From contig NW_021827778.1 in assembly GCF_006345805.1 (NCBI RefSeq), positions 1 through 9,923 of the forward strand: a stretch of 9,923 nucleotides of DNA, written 5' to 3'. The position numbers and the translations under genes are program-made. Within the stretch, counting starts at the first letter, position 1. The number at the start of each line of letters is the position of its first letter. This document shows, in pieces, positions 8,341 through 9,923 of the stretch. Under the pieces are notes generated by a model. It was not told the origin of the DNA. It did not search any database and saw only the letters and a list, made by a program, of their open reading frames with translations. This DNA comes from Octopus sinensis. Its lineage: Eukaryota.

Positions 8341-8438
8341 TTTTATGATCCAATGGAGGGGGAATCAACAAAAATATATTCCATCCAATGAGAGATAAAT
8401 ATCAATTCATACACACAACAGAATGTCTATTCAAATTG

Positions 8439-8439
<1 letters not shown>

Positions 8440-8487
<48 letters not shown>

Positions 8488-8500
8488 TGTGTGTGTGTGT
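8440..8500. repeat. (GT)n microsatellite
   Basis: Near-perfect GT run. Confidence 0.95.
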
Positions 8501-8790
8501 TTATACATGTGTCTGAGTGCATTTTATTCAAATATTTGTGGGCATTAAGGAATTATATCGCCTCCATTAATCATTCTTGTATTCACATTATCGATCATAT
8601 TTTCTGTAGCCTAGTTGGCCGGGAATATGTCACTTTAAAAAGTTACCTCACTCTTCGGACTTAAATAACACAAGGTATTTTTCAATGATATACATATATA
8701 TATTGAGAGAAAGAGTCATGCAACTGCACATCGGCACACGCATACATATACACACATAAATACTAGCACATGCAATAAATCCGTATATAA

Positions 8791-9326
8791 AAAGCGGCGA
8801 GCTGGCAGAATCGTTAGCACGCCGGACGAAATGCTTAGCCTTTCATCCTTTCGGGGTCGATTAAATAAGTACCAGTTACGCACTGGTAATCGACTTAATC
8901 CCTTTGTCTGTCCTTGTTTGTCCCCTCTATGTTTAGCCCCATGTGGGCAATAAAGAAATAAGAAACGTTAGCACACACACACACACACACACACAAGCTA
9001 CGTTCTGAGTTCAAATACCGCCGAGGTCGACTTTGCCTTTCATCCTTTCGGGGTCGATTAAATAAGTAACAGTTACGCACTGGGGTTGATATAATCGACT
9101 TAATCCCTTTGTCTGTCCTTGTTTGTCCTCTCTGTGTTTAGCCCCTTGTGGGTAGTACAGAAATAGGTATTTCGTCTCTCTTTGTGTTCTGATTTCAAAT
9201 TCCGTCGAGGTCGATTTTGCCTTTCATCCTTTGGGGTCGATAACTAAGTACCAGTTGTGTACTGGAGTCGATCTAATCGATTGGCTCACTTGCCAAAAAT
9301 TTCAGGGCTTGTGCCCAGAGTAGAAA
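8791..9326 (+). mobile_element. Tandem trimer of SINE family B
   Basis: Three successive GCCTTTCATCCTTT(C)GGGGTCGAT cores at about 8838, 9035 and 9219. Head at 8791, B box GTTCAAATAC at 9009-9018, the same linker after units 1 and 2, and a terminal tail ending at about 9326. Confidence 0.9.
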
Positions 9327-9391
9327 ATATGTTTATGTGTGTTCTTTTACTTCTCTCAGTCATATCGTTGCGTCTATATTTTTTTATTTTT

Positions 9392-9516
9392 CGTCTTTAA
9401 CTTTTTGCAATCATTTAACTGCAGCCATGCTGGGGCATCATTTTGAAGAAGTTTTTGTCGAATGGATCAACCCCAATACTTATTTTTGTTTAAGCTTGAT
9501 CCTTATTCTCTCGGTT
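9392..9516 (-). mobile_element. SINE family A 3' part, inverted
   Basis: Reverse complement AACCGAGAGAATAAG...TGGGGTTGAT...TTCGAC...ATGCCCCAGCATGGCTGCAGTTAAATGA matches the family A 3' module. Confidence 0.75.
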
Positions 9517-9658
9517 CAGTCCTACAGCGTAGCACCTTTGGCCAGTGTTTCTACTATAGCCTCGGGTATAGACCAAAGCCTTGTGAGTGGGTTTGGTAGA
9601 GGGAAACTGAAAGAAGCCCGTCGAATATATATTATGTATCACAAATGCATATACATAC

Positions 9659-9689
<31 letters not shown>

Positions 9690-9885
9690 TGTATGTATAT
9701 GCATTTGTGTATCTGTGTTTGTCGCCCCCTACCGCTTGAAAACCGATGTGGTGTGTTTACCTCCCCGAAAATTAGCGGTTCGGCATAAGCAACCGATAGA
9801 ATAAGTACTACAACGAATAAGTCCTGCAGGTCGATTTGTTCGACTAAAGGTGGTGCTCTAACCTGGCCGCAGTCAAACTGAATAA
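9512..9885 (+). mobile_element. SINE family A, 5'-truncated at the B box
   Basis: CGGTTCAGTCC...GACCAAAGCCTTGTGAGTGG...GAAACTGAAAGAAGCCCGTCG, internal (TATG)n, then ACCGATAGAATAAGTAC...CTAAAGGTGGTGCTC...GGCCGCAGTCAAA. Confidence 0.88.
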
Positions 9886-9923
9886 ATAAATAAATATATA
9901 TATATATATATATATATAATATA
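9886..9923. repeat. (TAAA)n/(TA)n tail running to the window edge
   Basis: Direct reading. Confidence 0.85.

Noticed and set aside
8348-8390. Two ATCCAATG (CCAAT-box-like) motifs 35 bp apart
   Set aside because: They lie between microsatellites with no associated gene; insufficient support.
9342-9363. TTCTTTTACTTCTCTCAGTCAT, resembling an inverted family A tail end
   Set aside because: Only about 22 nt of low complexity; cannot be distinguished from chance.
9392-9520. Twin-priming inversion as the explanation for the inverted SINE A piece
   Set aside because: The inverted segment duplicates the 3' tail rather than supplying the missing 5' portion.
62-9804. Long ORFs in the track rich in Y/I/H/T/L/S/C/V
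   Set aside because: They are translations of (TA)n, (CA)n, (CT)n and (TG)n tracts or of SINEs; none has protein-like complexity.

Overview
Eukaryotic, repeat-saturated, apparently non-coding DNA. No protein-coding gene is supportable: almost all track ORFs are translated microsatellites or SINEs. The (TA)n/(CA)n/(CT)n density and the look of the dispersed repeats point to an octopus/coleoid cephalopod genome; this is recognition from memory, not a database result. Contents: about 10 copies or fragments of two tRNA-derived SINE families (called A and B here), a 222-bp Tigger/pogo-type MITE, a degenerate ~23-bp minisatellite, and two blocks bounded by (TA)n arrays. The most interesting locus is 7682-8275. 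It is a long fold-back inverted duplication whose minus strand carries a type I hammerhead ribozyme motif (CUGAUGA, a long stem II, (G>A)AAAC-ACCU-GUC), consistent with a Penelope-like or retrozyme-like non-autonomous retroelement. The two arms carry different lesions in the catalytic 3' half.
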